Translations under genes and position numbers: made by a program
Shown: one piece after another, positions 9,878-24,073 of the stretch
Numbering within the stretch: position 1 is the stretch's first letter
How the letters are laid out: every line of letters begins with the position of its first letter
Notes under the pieces: generated by a model
The model's input: the letters and a program-made list of their open reading frames with translations, nothing else
What the model was told of the DNA's origin: nothing
Database searches by the model: none
NCBI GenBank assembly: GCA_043228905.1
Contig: JBHGNT010000225.1
Location: 1-48,902 of the forward strand
Length of the DNA stretch: 48,902 nucleotides
Source: Azolla caroliniana
Lineage: Eukaryota > Plantae > Polypodiophyta
Direction of reading: 5' to 3'

Positions 9878-12571
9878 CTAAGGTCAAGACGGTGGTAGAA
9901 TGGCAGACTCTGTGCTCGGTGCGGGATGTGCAATGCTTTTTTTTAGGCTTTGCCAATTTTTACTGGAAGTTTATAAAAGATTACTCAAAGCTCGTTCTGC
10001 CTCTCACACAACTTACCAGGAAGGGACAATCGTTCATTTGGTCTGAAGAAGCAGATATGGCTTTTGAGAGTCTTAAAAAGGCTTTTACATCGGCTCCAAT
10101 TCTAGCTCATGTCGATTCGGAAAACCCATTCATTATTGAAGCTGATGCATCGGATTTCGCATTGGGGAGCATTCTGTCGCAATGGGGTAATGATGAGAAG
10201 CTACATCCTGTGGCTTTTCACTCACGCAAGTTTGACGCCGCCGAAATCAACTACGAAATTCATGATAAGGAGCTATTGGCAATAGTGGACTCATTTATGC
10301 AATGGAGGCATTTTTTAGAGGGATCCTCTCATCAAGTCACCGTATTCAGTGACCATAAAAACCTTGCCTACTTTTAGGATGCTCGTGGGCTAAATCGATG
10401 TCGAGCTCGGTGGGCCCACTTCCTCACGCATTTCAACTTCAAAATTACATATCGTCCGGGGAAGCACCAAGGGAAGGCAGATGCATTATCACGACATTCG
10501 TATCTAACACTGCGTCCCGGCAAGCCAGCTTTCGATAATCAAAAGCAACTAATCTTGGGACCGGCACGACTGCAAGCAACACAGGTTTTTGGCCTGCGCA
10601 TGGATTCCCACGTTATCAATATCATACGTGCGGACCTGAAGACAGATGCTTTCACCCAAGCTATACTAGCACAAATTGATCCCTCTCGAGCATCATGTTC
10701 ACAATCACAACCACTAGGTACAGACTATCGGCAATTCAAATACCATGATGGATTACTCTTCTTTAAAGAACTTTTGTATGTTCCTAATGGTTCTTGCCGC
10801 CTTCGAGTAGTACAAAACTATCATGACACATATATAGCTCGGCATTTTGGTAATACTAAAACAGTAGATTTAGTACAACGATCATTCTGGTGGCCCCGTA
10901 TGCGACAATTTGTCGAAGATTTTGTTCGGACTTGTGATACATGTTGTAGAGCGAAAAGGCCAAGGCATCATCCATATGGTTTATTAGAACCATTACCAAT
11001 TCCAAACAAGCCGTGGCAATCCATTGCTCTAGACTTCATCATAGATCTTCCAGTCTCTAAGGGGTTCAATGCGATTCTAACAGTGGTAGATCGATATATG
11101 AAGATGGCTTATTTCTTGCCATGTACTAAGGAAATCTCCAGTGAAGACACCGCCGAAATTGTCATGCGTGAAGTATGTCGACATCATGGACTTCCCGATA
11201 GTATCGTCAGCGACCGTGGACCCCAGTTCGTGTCAAAATTCTGGAAGCACCTTTTTAAAATGCTCAAGGTCACTTGTAACCTCTCCTCCGGCTACCACCC
11301 ACAAACCGACGGCCAAGCCGAACGAACAAATCAAACGCTAGAGTAGTATTTGCGGTGCTTTCTCAGCTATCATCAGGATAACTGGGCAGAAATTCTCCAC
11401 TTCGCCGAATTTGCCTATAATAACTCTATCCACGCATCGACTAAAGTTACGCCCTTTTATGCTTATATGGGACGTCACCCTCGGTGGAATGTACTTGAAA
11501 CCCCAGAGGTGTCCACAAATCCTTGCGCGGAGGATTGTTTGAAGCAGTTACGCAAGATACAAGCAGATTTATCAACTCATCTCCAGCAAGCTCAACAAAC
11601 ACACAAGGTCTACGTGGATCATCATCGACTTCCATCTAGTTTTAACATTGGAGATCGGGTGTGGCTGCTGCGACGACATATCAAGGCTACTCGCCCATGT
11701 GAGAAGTTGGATTATCGGCCATTAGGTCCCTTTCGTATTATCGAAAAGATTAATGATGTCGCTTTTCGTCTCGATCTACCTCCTCAACTTCGGATACATC
11801 CGGTGTTTCATAGTTCTCTCCTTAAACCCTATCACGAGAGCACCATCCCAGGACGTATTATACAACCTCCACCCCCGATCAAGCTTGAAGATGGACCAGA
11901 GTACGAGGTTGCCACCATCCTTGATTCCAAGATTGTTCGCAACAAGCTCTACTATCTAGTCGATTGGCTAGGCTATAGTCCCAGCGAACGTACTTGGGAA
12001 CCAATCGAGAATGTGACCAATGCTCGTGCGCTTCTTGAAGACTTCCATCGTCAATATCCACACAAACCGAGTCCTCCATCCAAAACGACTCGTGACACTC
12101 GTCGTTTTAAAGGGGGGATATTGTCATGATATGGCAAGACTTGAACCCATGACCTTAGGTTATATGAGTCAAGCTCTTGACCATTATATCATCTATTGTA
12201 ATACGTAGGATATTATTTTCATTTACATTTTATTATAGGAAATTAATGTATATTCCAGATTTCTCTGGAACATTCTAGAAACTTCAGGATTACTCTTGAG
12301 AACACTATAAAAGAGGGCACTAGGCATTATGTTGAACCAAATTGGTTCAACGCCAATCTTTAGCCTCATAACCCTTTTGTACTTACTCTTCTTATAATAT
12401 ATAATCTATTATCATCATCTCTCTCTCTCTCGCACTCGTCCTCGCTATCTCTCTCTCTCTCCTCTCCTCTCTTCCTCTCTTGGGAGTCTTACGTAGTCCC
12501 ATCCTCTTAGTACTAATGGTACCTCCCTTCTCTAGTACTAATCCTCTCTCTGTTTAGTACTATTCCTGACA
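9878..12571 (+). mobile_element. Ty3/gypsy chromovirus (Tcn1-like) 3' remnant: RT end, RNase H, integrase, chromodomain, PPT, 3' LTR
   Basis: FLGFANFY, EADASDFALGS, NYEIHDKELLAIV, integrase HHCC region, SDRGPQF, HPQTDGQAERTN, GPF, chromodomain EYEVATILDS...YLVDWLGY...TWEP. PPT AAAGGGGGGA; LTR TGTCA(12122)...TGACA(12571). Contains in-frame stops. Confidence 0.93.
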
Positions 12572-14280
12572 GGTTCATTGTTCTCCATATGTGCAAAAAC
12601 CCAACTGAATGAAGATAGATTTACTCCTGTTAGAGACATCCACACTAAACTGATACACCTCCAAACCATCCTTGCCATCAGGCATGAAATAAATCGATGC
12701 CTACTATTTCCAATTCCATTGAACAAAAGAAACACAATCCTTTAGTAATGTTTCTTTTGTTTAATCAATCCCCTAATGGTAAAGCTCCAACCGATTACCG
12801 ATTAGGAACACGGTCTACGGTCAATCCTTCGACCTAGACCTCAAAGTGATTGTGTTGCAACGAATGGTATCATCGTAGCGTAATACTTAGTGGGATACCT
12901 CCCGTATCCTAGTAGTGTATAAGAGAGACGGCTACAACCGAACTCTTTAGACAGTGGACTAGCAACCACACTGTTACGCACGCCTACGCTCTTACGACTG
13001 CGCTATGCCACCAAGAATCACAGACACACAGTAGATTAACCACAGATACGCACAGGGATCAAAGAAGATAGAACTCTATTAAGATACGCCTTTTACATTC
13101 CAAAATTACACGCTACCTCTATCAGAGGATTTCTGCCCTTTATATACATAGGGTCTTTTTAGCTGTTCACGCTTACCGCGTGAACCGTTAACATGCGTTA
13201 CAATTTTACTATATTATATTCCTGCGCTCCTGTCCGTCGGTTACTATTCCGGCGGAGAACACAACCATAACTCTCCAAATAAATACCTTGGCTCATAGCA
13301 TCAATCGAGAACACCAACTTGCCTTGATCACATGAAACCACCAAGTAATGGGCTTATGAAAACCCCATATCTTTATAACCCTTTCTTCCAACCACTTATG
13401 TTTGTCAATCAACTTGTGATAAGCAACATTCATTGAGATCATAGTCAATTTCTTATTTCCAACAAACCTCCAATCAAGCTCTTGAGATCGCCCATCTAAA
13501 TTTGGAATTGGCTCATGCGAAGATAGTATTTGTTGCAACTTATCCCAAATAAAGTTATAACCTTTTGGAATACGAAATGTTGATCTTATTGTTCGAAAAG
13601 CCATTACTCTTGTTTGTGAAACCAACATAGCATCCTTAACTGTTACCAAACCCAATCTAGCCATCCGATTAAATTGAAGGTTAAGAATTTGTTTACCTTC
13701 CCACCTCAACAACCTTGATGTTGCCAAAACCTCTATTTGTAATGAATTGGCACATCCCATGTCTTGTGGGGGATGCCATTCCACAAAATCCAACATACTT
13801 TGCCAAGATGTCAACAAATGATTAACTATCATAGACCCTCTACATTTGACATCCCTGTCAGAATTAATTACATTCCACCAATTCGCTTCAACCTTCATGT
13901 TTCCAAGCTTTATTCCGTTCTTCTCTATAAAGTATGCCACCATTTCTGTCCAAGGTTGTACACCTTCAAACATGAATCGAATGAAAGTAAATCGATGAGC
14001 CACCATATGCTCATATAGATTCAATATTGATAACCAATCCACATTATCATAGGCTTTCTCGATATCCAATTGTAACAACACTAATTCTTGTTTAGCCTCC
14101 TTTGCATAGCTAATTGCCATTTGAACATTTAAAATATGATGTAAAATGTCTCTTTTTGCTAAAAACCCATATTGATCATTATGAATAATAGAAGGTAAAA
14201 CCTTATGCAACCTATTGGCCATCACTTTTGCAAAAATCTTGTACATTCCCCCCATCAATGAAATAGGCCTCCATTGTCTC
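12572..14280 (-). mobile_element. Degraded LINE (non-LTR) ORF2 fragments, RT and zf-RVT region, split by an insertion at about 12749-13263
   Basis: WRPISL.GGMYKIFAKVMANRL, DQYGFL, QLDIEKAYDNVDW; the C-terminal HRFISCLMARMVW lies at about 12660-12700. Confidence 0.85.
12851..13263 (-). mobile_element. LTR-like repeat with TGTGTT...AACACA ends
   Basis: Inverted 6-bp termini and a TATA-like TATATAAAGGG on the minus strand. Its right end resembles 29919-29999. No TSD found. Confidence 0.5.
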
Positions 14281-14310
14281 TCTCTCTAACTCTCTCTCTA
14301 TCATACACAC

Positions 14311-14400
14311 ACACACACACAAAATCATACCCAATTCTCTTTCACTACACAGAATCATACCCAATTCTCTTTCACTACACAGAATCATACCCAATTCTTT
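14311..14400 (+). repeat. Three tandem 30-bp repeats (ACACAGAATCATACCCAATTCTCTTTCACT) after (CT)n/(CA)n
   Basis: Directly visible; the ORF track shows repeated ELGMILCSER. Confidence 0.9.
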
Positions 14401-14801
14401 ACATGTTTTAATATGGTGCATTCAAAGTTTGTAATGGCCCAATAGTTTTGAAACATCTTGAATCAAGAAATGTTTGTTAAAAGTTTTAAATAATTTAGCA
14501 CCATAGCGCATTGAAAGTTTACGATGAGCCAATAGTTTTGTGACATTTTGAATCATGAAGTGTTTATTAAAACATTTTAGCTAATTTGGCACTAGCTCCT
14601 AGGTTGCAAAGCACAATGTGTACAATGTACTATCATTTTAACAATCAAATTGATACATAAGATATTTGAGAGGATCTTAAAAAGATTACTTTAAATATCT
14701 AACATTATTGACTATTTGAATACAGGCATTCATTTGTTTTTTACACACTCTTTATTACTTGCTCTAACTCACTGAATATGCATGCTTCGATGAGTTTTAC
14801 G

Positions 14802-15339
14802 TAGCAATGAGCACGGTTTCGGCTCAAACCGAACCGAACCATTAAGCCATGGTTTAACGGTTTATTGGTTCCAAAACTTTTAATGGTTTGGTTTGGTTTG
14901 GATTTTCGATAAACAGTTCGGTTTGGTTCTAAAACTCAAGTTTATAAGTTTGGTTTAAAGTTTTATAGGTTTTTGGTTAACATTTTTTTTACCTTAATAG
15001 TTTATTTATTTAATGGTTTTTTATTGATTTAATTCATTTAACTTAAATGTTTATTTTATTTAATGGTTCAATTAAAGTTTCTTTTATTGATTTAATAAAT
15101 TTAACTTAAATGCTTATTTAATTTAATGTATTTTTGTTTATTTAGATGTTTAATTAGTTTGACTTAAGTGGTTAGGTTTAAATTTTTTATTAAACGGTTC
15201 AGTTTGGTTTCAACTTTTCCCTAAACGGTTTGGTTTAAATACTGCGAGTTCATAAATGGTTTGGTTTTGTTTTGTTTTAAATAAACGGTTCGGTTCAGTT
15301 TCTTTGCCTTGAAATAGAACCAAATCGTGCCCATTGCTA
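14802..15339. mobile_element. hAT-type MITE / non-autonomous element
   Basis: TIR TAGCAATGRGCACG at both ends. Perfect 8-bp TSD GTTTTACG at 14794-14801 and 15340-15347. Subterminal AAACCG/CGGTT motifs and an AT-rich core. Confidence 0.9.
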
Positions 15340-15568
15340 GTTTTACGCATATTATCTCTATGAACACATATACAATTGTAACGAGTCTTTTTATTAAAGT
15401 TTCTTATTGATCTTATGAATTCAACTAACGCCACATTGTCATTTAGCATGTGGTCTTCCACTACATGATACATGTGTAGAAAACATGTGTGGTTGCCATA
15501 TGATTACGTCCTCATATCATATAGCTCATAACATGATGAGCAGTGTGCATAACGGGGTGAAAGCATGT

Positions 15569-15839
15569 GAATGGAAACACTATTATAACTAATATGTAGC
15601 TAAAATGACCACAACTAAGTAGTTTTTTATAGCTAATTTTTAGTGGGAAAATCTTAAAGATACATATCATTTATTATGGGGATGGAAATATTACCATATA
15701 TGGTCCACATTTAAGCTAGTCTTTATTTGAGATTACATTCTAATAAATTATCACTAAAATTGCCAAAATATGCAAATTACATGCAGCTTGTTGCATAGCT
15801 AATTAGTTATGTCAAGGACACAACTAATTGTTCCCATTC
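15569..15839. mobile_element. Degenerate MITE-like derivative of the Sola2 element
   Basis: Starts GAATGGAAACACTATTATAACTAAT, close to the reverse complement of the Sola2 end (GAGTGGAAACACTATTATAGCTAAT). Ends GTTCCCATTC and contains TAGCTAATTAG. No TSD match. Confidence 0.6.
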
Positions 15840-16393
15840 CCAAGCTTTCACCCAACACTCTCTTTGTGGAGGGAGAATTCCACTTCGTAGAAAAGAACCA
15901 CATTAGATGCATTCAAAGTAACTCCTAATATTCGCATACGCCCAATCTAGTAGACATATATGAATGTTTACAGTATAGGTTCGCATACAATAAGCGATAT
16001 TAGTTTTCCTTCTTTTTTTATGGTCTTGACCTTTGTCTATAAAAATGTTGTTGATTTTTTATTTTTCATATTTTTTTAAAAACAAATAGAATAATAAATA
16101 TAAATATAGACGAATGGATTTCAATCATAGTTGGAGCCAGTTCACGTATGAGTATGATAGGAATATTCACGTATGAGTATGGCATGAATGGGAAGTATGG
16201 CTAAAACAATGGATGTATTAATTAATGGTCAATATACTCTTTGAGACAATAAATGTACTTCACCTATGATAGAGATCTTCATGTTGATCAAGATTAGGTT
16301 ATGGTGACGCGATTGAGAATATGCAAGAGAAGTTGATGTAGACCAAGTATCTCCCATGAAATGTCATCCAACGATGAAGAGTCAAAAGAGAAT

Positions 16394-19300
16394 CTATTGG
16401 AGAACCAATGGAAGATTATTTATGTCATTGATTCGAGAGACTATCTCAATCATTGTGGGGCGAGCATCACAATGAACCACACAAGACAATGCGATTTTGA
16501 GGAGTTGTGTCATCTCTAGTTTGATATGGTTGAAGTTTTCCTCAGATCTCAAGGCCTTCGAATCAAAAACCTCAGCCACCCATCGTTCTTCATCGATGGA
16601 CTCAACCCATTGTGGGAGGAGTGTGTGACCACGACTAATCGTAGCATCGACCTTATCACTAGGGGGGGTGATAGTTGTTGTAACTTTGGAGGATTTTCCG
16701 GTGATAAGCTCTAGTAGGAGAATGCCAAAGCTATAGACATCAGTGGAGGGATTGGCGGCCTCAGGATGGAAACCCATCGAAAGTAGCTCAGGTGCGAGAT
16801 ATGTTGTCATGCTGGATTTAGCGTTGGGATAAAAGAGCGCGATTTGTGCCAACCCGTAGTCAGCGAGGTGTGGCTCCCATTGTTTGTCCATCAACACATT
16901 CGATGACTTCAAGTTGCCATGGACAATGTTGTGCTCGTGTAGGTATAACAATGCCTCTGCCATAGCCAATGCCACTCTTAGCCTCTTCTCCCATTCCATG
17001 GAACCATCCCCTGATCCTGAAAGACCAATATTAATATATAACACTGCTAATATATCATTCTAATTTCTATATATAATGCAATATTTTAATTCCCTTTTCT
17101 CATTTCTCTATGTATATTTTAAGAATACATGACGTCCCTAGTGAAATATGTTACAAATGAAAACAATAAGCTAGGAAATGTTCCACGGTGCTGAGTGAAT
17201 GTGTACTTACACATGAAAATATCAAATTGCTCTTAACATTTCCCACCCTTAGGAACGCACACTCTTGCTCTCACTCTTCAACACCATATGCACCCATATA
17301 TTAATCTTGCAAGACACCAATCACAATTGAGCAAATAATGATAGGTGAAGGAAAAATCTAATTGAAAACATTTATGTGCGGAAGCTTAACAGAATACAAC
17401 TGGCTCAACCGAACAACAACAGAGAAAATACAGAGAACCAATGGAGAACTCGGAAGAGACAAAGACAACGACAAAGAGTGGAAGACTAAAAAACTCATCT
17501 GATCCAGCTCTCGGCTTATGTAGCCAATGGAGCCCATCTTGAGCTTACTTCTCAACACTCCCCCTCAATCTCAACTTGAGGTTCCTTTTGCTCTACCGGT
17601 TCCTTGCCTCGGCTCCTCTTGCCAGCTTGTCTCCTCGCACGCGCTCCTCGACAACACATCCAATCCCACGCTCTTCGACCTCCTCGGTCGGAGCTTGTCT
17701 ACTCTTTAGGTTTTCCTTAGCTCGCTCATTGTCTTGGCAGTGGCCCAACTTGACCCATCTATTCCTTCATTTCGGTGTCGACTTTGGTTGCTCTCTCATT
17801 TGCCTGGTCTTCATATGATTTGGCTCTCTCGAATCAAATTCCTTGACCGAATCGGTTGTCTCCGATTCGTTCCCGCTCTTGTCCAAATTGGTTGTCTCCA
17901 ATTCGTCATCCTTCTTCAGGCCCTTGACCACATTGGACCATGTCTTGGTCCTAGCCTTTTTCTTTCAATCAGCTCTGTCCTTCTTGACTCTACCGCCTTT
18001 CCCACTTCCTCCGGCTCTACCGGATGTTTCAACTTCCTCAATCGATTCAGCTTCTTCTTGGGCTATCCTCTTGCCATCGATCAGTTCTCTCGGTTCTTTC
18101 TTCGGCTCATCATCTGCTCAGTGTGGCAAGTCGAGGTATTGGATGCCAAGCGTCTCCGAGAAGTGTTGTAACTTGTCCGTCCCAAGGGCCTTGGTGAAAA
18201 TGTCGGCAACCTACCGATCGATTCGAACATACCAAAGTTCGACTTCACCACTCAGGACTCGCTCGTGCACAAAGTGATAATGCACTTCTATTTGCTTAGT
18301 ATGAGCATGGAATACTGGGTTCTTGGCCAACTGCATGCTACTGATATTGTTGTAATAGATCAGAATCAGAGTGGGAACTTTGATCCGTAAGTCGTACAAC
18401 AACCGTCGGAGCCATATAGCCTCGCAAGTTGCGACGATGGCGCCTCTATACTCAGCTTCGGTGCTAGACAAGGCCATTGTCAACTGCTTCTTGCTGCTCC
18501 ACGTTACAACCGCGCTCCCAAGAGAGAACATGAAACCTGATGCCAAGCGTCGATCTGTAGCGTCTCCAGCCCAGTCGGCATCAATATAGCTGACTAGTTG
18601 TTCGGCTATGCCGTTGTCGTGAAGGATTCCGGCCATAGACAGAAACAAAGTCGGATACGCGTGAACGGGCATGTGCGTGGATGCACACAAAAATTAAGCC
18701 TTTATGTACAAACATATGTAAATAGAATAGATTCACTAGAAAGTACGAGGGAGTAGGATTTATGGGTACTTTAAAGACCCACATAGATAGAGAGGATACG
18801 GGGAATCTCTAACAGTAATCACGATGTAACGGTCTCCCCTTGTCCTATAAAAGGGGAGGTTTGAGATTGTTTCGAGGACAGAAGTTTTTGGGGGGACAAG
18901 GTGTTGTCGGACCAAGCTCTGCATGCTTCCTTCCTATTCTCCGTTTTCCAAATTTCCTTGTCGTTGTGCTGCGAGGCCTCCGTTTCACACTAGTAGCTTG
19001 TGTGCTCCCAATCAGAGGCTCACTAGTGTCTATGTGTTTTTTATATTGAGCTCGAAGCTCTTTTTCCAGCCACGACCAGTTGTAATCTTTTCATGTTTCC
19101 TCTGTTAATTGATTAGTTCGTTGAGTCTCTCTATGTGCTTTGGGTTTCCCGTGTTCTTGCCTTTGATCTATTTCTGTCACGTTGTATATCTGAGTGAGTT
19201 AGAGCTCATCACTGCCAACCAAAATCTAGTTTGGGGCCATACGGGTCCCCGAGTCCGTGTGCTCATCACCGTCTGGCATCCAGGAACCAATCCGGACCAA

Positions 19301-22300
19301 ACACGTGACCGCTAACCGATCTGACGAAGATATCAGAACCCAGATCCGGACAACCTTCCTACCCTCACTGGCTCCTTGGTCCAACACCCCCATGGTCCCA
19401 CCCTGTTTCAACATATCCACGCAGAATTCCGCGATACCGTGTCGGTACAGTAGTCCTTGATTCTTCGTGCCGCTCACATATCGCAATATTCGATGTGCGC
19501 ACTAAAGATGCTCGACAGTCAGTCTCTACATGAGCTGACTTACCATGCTAACCGGATAGCTAAGATTGGATCGGGTGAAAGTTAAATATATTAGGCTTCC
19601 GACAATTTGTCGGAATCGTTTCTCATCGCAAGTTGCTCCCCGGTCAGAACGAATCTTCAGGGTTCTGTCGAGAGGAGTAGAGATAGATCGACAATCCGTC
19701 ATGCCAAGTTTGTACAGCATATTGAAGACATAATGTCATTGAGTGAGCAATATGTCATCGGGGGTGTGGATCACTTCGATCCTGAGGAAGTAATGAAGGT
19801 CCCCTAAATCCTTCATTACAAATGCTTCTGACAACTGAGACCTGACTTGGCTGATTTCAACAAGGTCGGGGCCAATGATGACTAGGTCATCCACGGATAA
19901 CGATATACACACCGGACCCTTCGAACATTTCCGGATGAACAGGGACGAGTCGGACTTCGAGACTACAAACCCCACCTTACACAACCAGTGCGTGATTTTC
20001 CAGTTCCAAGCACGGGGGGCTTGCTTCAGGCCATAAAGTGACTTCTGTAGTCGGCATATTGTCAATTTGTTCATCTTCGACTGAAAACCAAGGGGTTGGA
20101 CCATAAATACCTATTCTCCAAGGTCGCCTTGAAGAAACTCGTTTTTTATGTCCATCTTATGAAGATGCCACCCCCTTGCCACTACGACCGCCAGCACCAC
20201 ACAGACTGTTGTCATCTTTGCTACTTGTAGTCGATGTCATAGGTCTATGTGTATCCTTTCGCCACCAATTGGGCCTTGTACTGGTTGACTGAACCGTCGG
20301 CGTTGTACTTTATTTGGTACACCCATTTGCATCCGATTGGTTTGTATTGTCGGGGAGGGTCAACCAAGTCTCGTGCCTCATTGGAATCAAATGCCCGCAT
20401 TTCTTCCTCCATGGCCGATCGCCATTTGGCATCCTGCGATGCCTCTGCATACCTCTCCGGCTCGTGGACTTCTGTCACTTTCTTCATGTACACATAGTGA
20501 TGCGTCATGTATTCGTTGTACCTGTTGGGAACTCGACGTTCCTTATGTCCGACACTCGGCCACAACCGAGATTCTTTACATACACAGAAAAACAGGTAAT
20601 GAAACGCAACACAAAAGAGGAGAAATGGTACACAGGAGGTATACGTGGAAAACCCCAAAATAGGGGAAAAACCACGGCAGCCCACAAGCTGCAAACTGTC
20701 ACTATGTAGAAATATACAACAGTGAGATCACTGGGGCAACGACCTCGTGCTCACAGATCTTCGCCACAGGCGGCGGTTACAACAGAGGCTACGACCTCAT
20801 CTCTCTCTCTCTCTCTCTCTCTCTGTACAGTTACGCGCTCTGATTTCTTCTTGCACCAACAAGAAAGAATAAGAACAAGAAAACAACAACAACTCTACGC
20901 AAAGTTTGCCCTAAGTCATATTTATACTAATATGACTCTTCGGCTATTTACAAACGTAGCCTCGATGGGCTCTATCCGACTCTCTGCAGTCGGGTACTCC
21001 TCATCCGGTTCATACCGGGCCTACACCATCCGACTCTCCGAAGTCGGGTTCTCCTCATCCGGTTCATACCGTTTCGGCCTTGGCTTGTCGGCCTCGGCCG
21101 AGTTTGTTCGTCGGCACTGTTCTTCTCCCTTCCCATCCGGAGGGACCTGTCTACCAACAGTACCCCTATCAGATCACCAAGTTCTTGTGGCTAGTTGATC
21201 GGCATAACTTCTCATTAGCCAATTTCAGGGCCCTCTTGGTCGCAATTGACCTCAACTCTTGATGTTAGTCTTCGCTCCGGTTGGTGTTGGATTCTCTCTG
21301 ATTCCGTGCACCTTTGTTTGTGTCATACTCCGGCATCTTCATCTTCCCCTTCTCTTTACGTGTATATCTTCCTTGCGTGGGGAGTGCACGACCGAGCCTT
21401 CACTATTTGCCGGCCCTTCATTCGACTAGTCATCCCAACTCAACTCCTCATTCAGCCCACTCAGCCGGAATGAAATCGAACTCTCTTCTAGAGTGCTGAT
21501 ATCTTCTTCTTCTTCTCAAATCATGTCGGCCTCAATAACCTCATCCTCAATAATTGGAATGGAGTCGGGGGTTGGAAGGGAATACCAGGACGCTGACTCA
21601 TCGAACACGACATCTTGACTTGCTCATACTTGCTTGATTTGAGGGTTGTAGCACTTATGCCCCTTCTGTTCATGTGAGTAGCCAACTATGATACATTTCT
21701 CCGACTTGGCATCCAGATTCTTCTACTTCTCATCTGGTACATGCACATATGCAATGCTACCGAATACCTTTAGGTGTTTTAAGTTCGGCTTGCGCCCGAA
21801 ATACAGTTCATGAGCTGACACCTTCTCTCCGGTTGTCCAAATCTGATTCTGGATATATACAACAATCCAAACAACTTCAACCTAGTTTGGGCACACTCTT
21901 CTCTTCCAACATAGCCTGTGCCGCTTCCTTCCACAATTGACCGGTTCTTCCTTTCGGCTACGTAATTATGCTCTGGCGTATATCTACAACTGAATTCGCG
22001 CCGAATTCCCATCTATTGCAAATAACTGTGACGAGCCGGAAAAGTATTCTTTTCCGCCATTCGACCGAAGACACTTGATTTTTTGTTATGTTTCTCTTTC
22101 GACAAGATTCTGCAAGTTCCGGAAACATGAGAAGACATCACTCTTCTTCTCTATCAGGTAAGATCCATGTGTGTCGGCTATAGTCGTCGATGAAGGAGAC
22201 GAAGTATCGAATCCCGTCTAAGATCACATTCTGTGCTAGTCCCCACACATCCGAATGTATTAAGTCGAGCTTGTTGCGACTCCGATTACGCTCGTTGGGG

Positions 22301-24028
22301 GATGGAAGTCGGTGTTGCTTCCCTAGCTGGCAGACTTCACAAACTTGGGCCTTCCGGTCACTGAACTTTGGCAAACTAAACACGACTTGTTTCGTTTGCA
22401 TCTCCTAAAGTCGATCCGCTTATGCCACAAGTCGATATCTTATTCAACTTTTTTCCTTTGGCAAACATTGTGGTGCCGACATCGTTTGTGTCGAGGATAA
22501 ACATCCTCCCTTCCCGGCACCCTTGCGCGATGATTTAGCCTTCTTCTTTGATGAAGCATCCGAGGTCTGTGAACCGGACCTGCATCCCTTGGTCAACAAT
22601 TTGTTTGACCGACACCAAGTTCTTGGTGATTGTCGTTGGAACATGTTGGACGTGCATTAGTCTCCCCTTTTGTCCGACATGGCTCAAGGGGACATCACTA
22701 ACATCCTCGATTGGATGTGAGGTGTCGTCACTGGTTCGACAACCCCCGGTTATTCCGGTTTCTCCAAATATGAGAACTACTCTTCGTGGCTCATCATGTG
22801 GTTTGACGCTCTCGAATCGACATACCACACCTCGTTCAGTTTCGAGGTGCTCAGCTTCATCGAGTTGGCCCTGTGCTTCATCACAAAGGTTGGGCCCTTT
22901 CCGGCTTGCTTTGAGCCTTCCGCATAGTGCAATCTTTGCCGATTTCCTTGTTCAGCTCTACTCGATCCAGATTTATCCAAATCAGCCTTGAACTCTTCCA
23001 ACACTCGCTTTCTTTGTGGCCTTTCTTGACAGAATACTGGCATTCCGTCTCGGCCTTCGCTTGCTGGTTTCCGGTGCCTGCCCTGACTCCCCTTGCTTGT
23101 GGAAGGTCCGGAAATGTTGTCGGCATGCCTATTATGCCTCTAATTCTGCTCTTGTCGGCCGCCACTATTGTGTGCCAATCCACCTCGTCCTCCATGACCG
23201 TGGGGTCAATCCGCCTCCGTGTACAACACTCAGTTGTTTGATTGTGTGCTCCTTGACACACCCGCATGGTTCTCTTCGACCATAAGCATTGATTGCAGTT
23301 TAAAAAAATGACAATGGTTCCTCCCTTGTGCAAATAGTTGTTCGGATCGGCCCATACCTTTGAGCTAGACCACCGAGACAATTTTGCACCATTTCGTCCT
23401 CATCCACCGTCACCACCGTCACATTAATCGACCCCAAGCTGTCACATATTTCTTTGATTTTGGTGGTGTAGTCGGTCACCGTCATATCCCTCTGTCGGAT
23501 ATTGTTGAGCTCTTGATGGAGTTGCAACTTTCGACCCGTGGTACTCACGGAGAAAAACTTCATTAGATTTTCCCATGCCTCCTTCGGCGTCTTTGCATCT
23601 CGAATGTAGCCTAGCATCTAGTCATGCACAAAGGATGCAAGGCAATACAAGACTCTACTTGCTGCTTGCTCCCACACTGGAAAATCCTTGTGTGTCGATT
23701 CTGGCGCTACTTCGTTTTCTTCATGGATGTAACTCCAGTAACCCTACCCAAGCAAGTATTGGTGCATCTTGTACTCCCAAGATGTGTAGTTGCTTTTGTC
23801 CAACTTCTCTATCAGAAAAGCACCACCCATTCCACTATCCATTTTCTTCTTGTCTAAACTCGTCCGGGGATTAGGGTTTGTCTGAGTTTAATGCTTGTCG
23901 TAGCAGAGGATTCTCAACCCTTGCGCTCGGATACCATGAAAAGATTTATGTGCGGAAGCGTAACAGAATACAACCGGCTCAACCGAGCAACAACAGAGAA
24001 AATACATAGAATCAATGGAGAACTCGGA

Positions 24029-24073
<45 letters not shown>

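Noticed and set aside
9700-15600. Pairing the Sola2 end at 9717 with the similar sequence at 15569 as TIRs of one element
   Set aside because: They face away from each other (a right end followed by a left end), so they belong to separate insertions.
24034-24071. (GA)n tracts (also about 30758, 41842, 47227)
   Set aside because: Ordinary microsatellites within LTRs.
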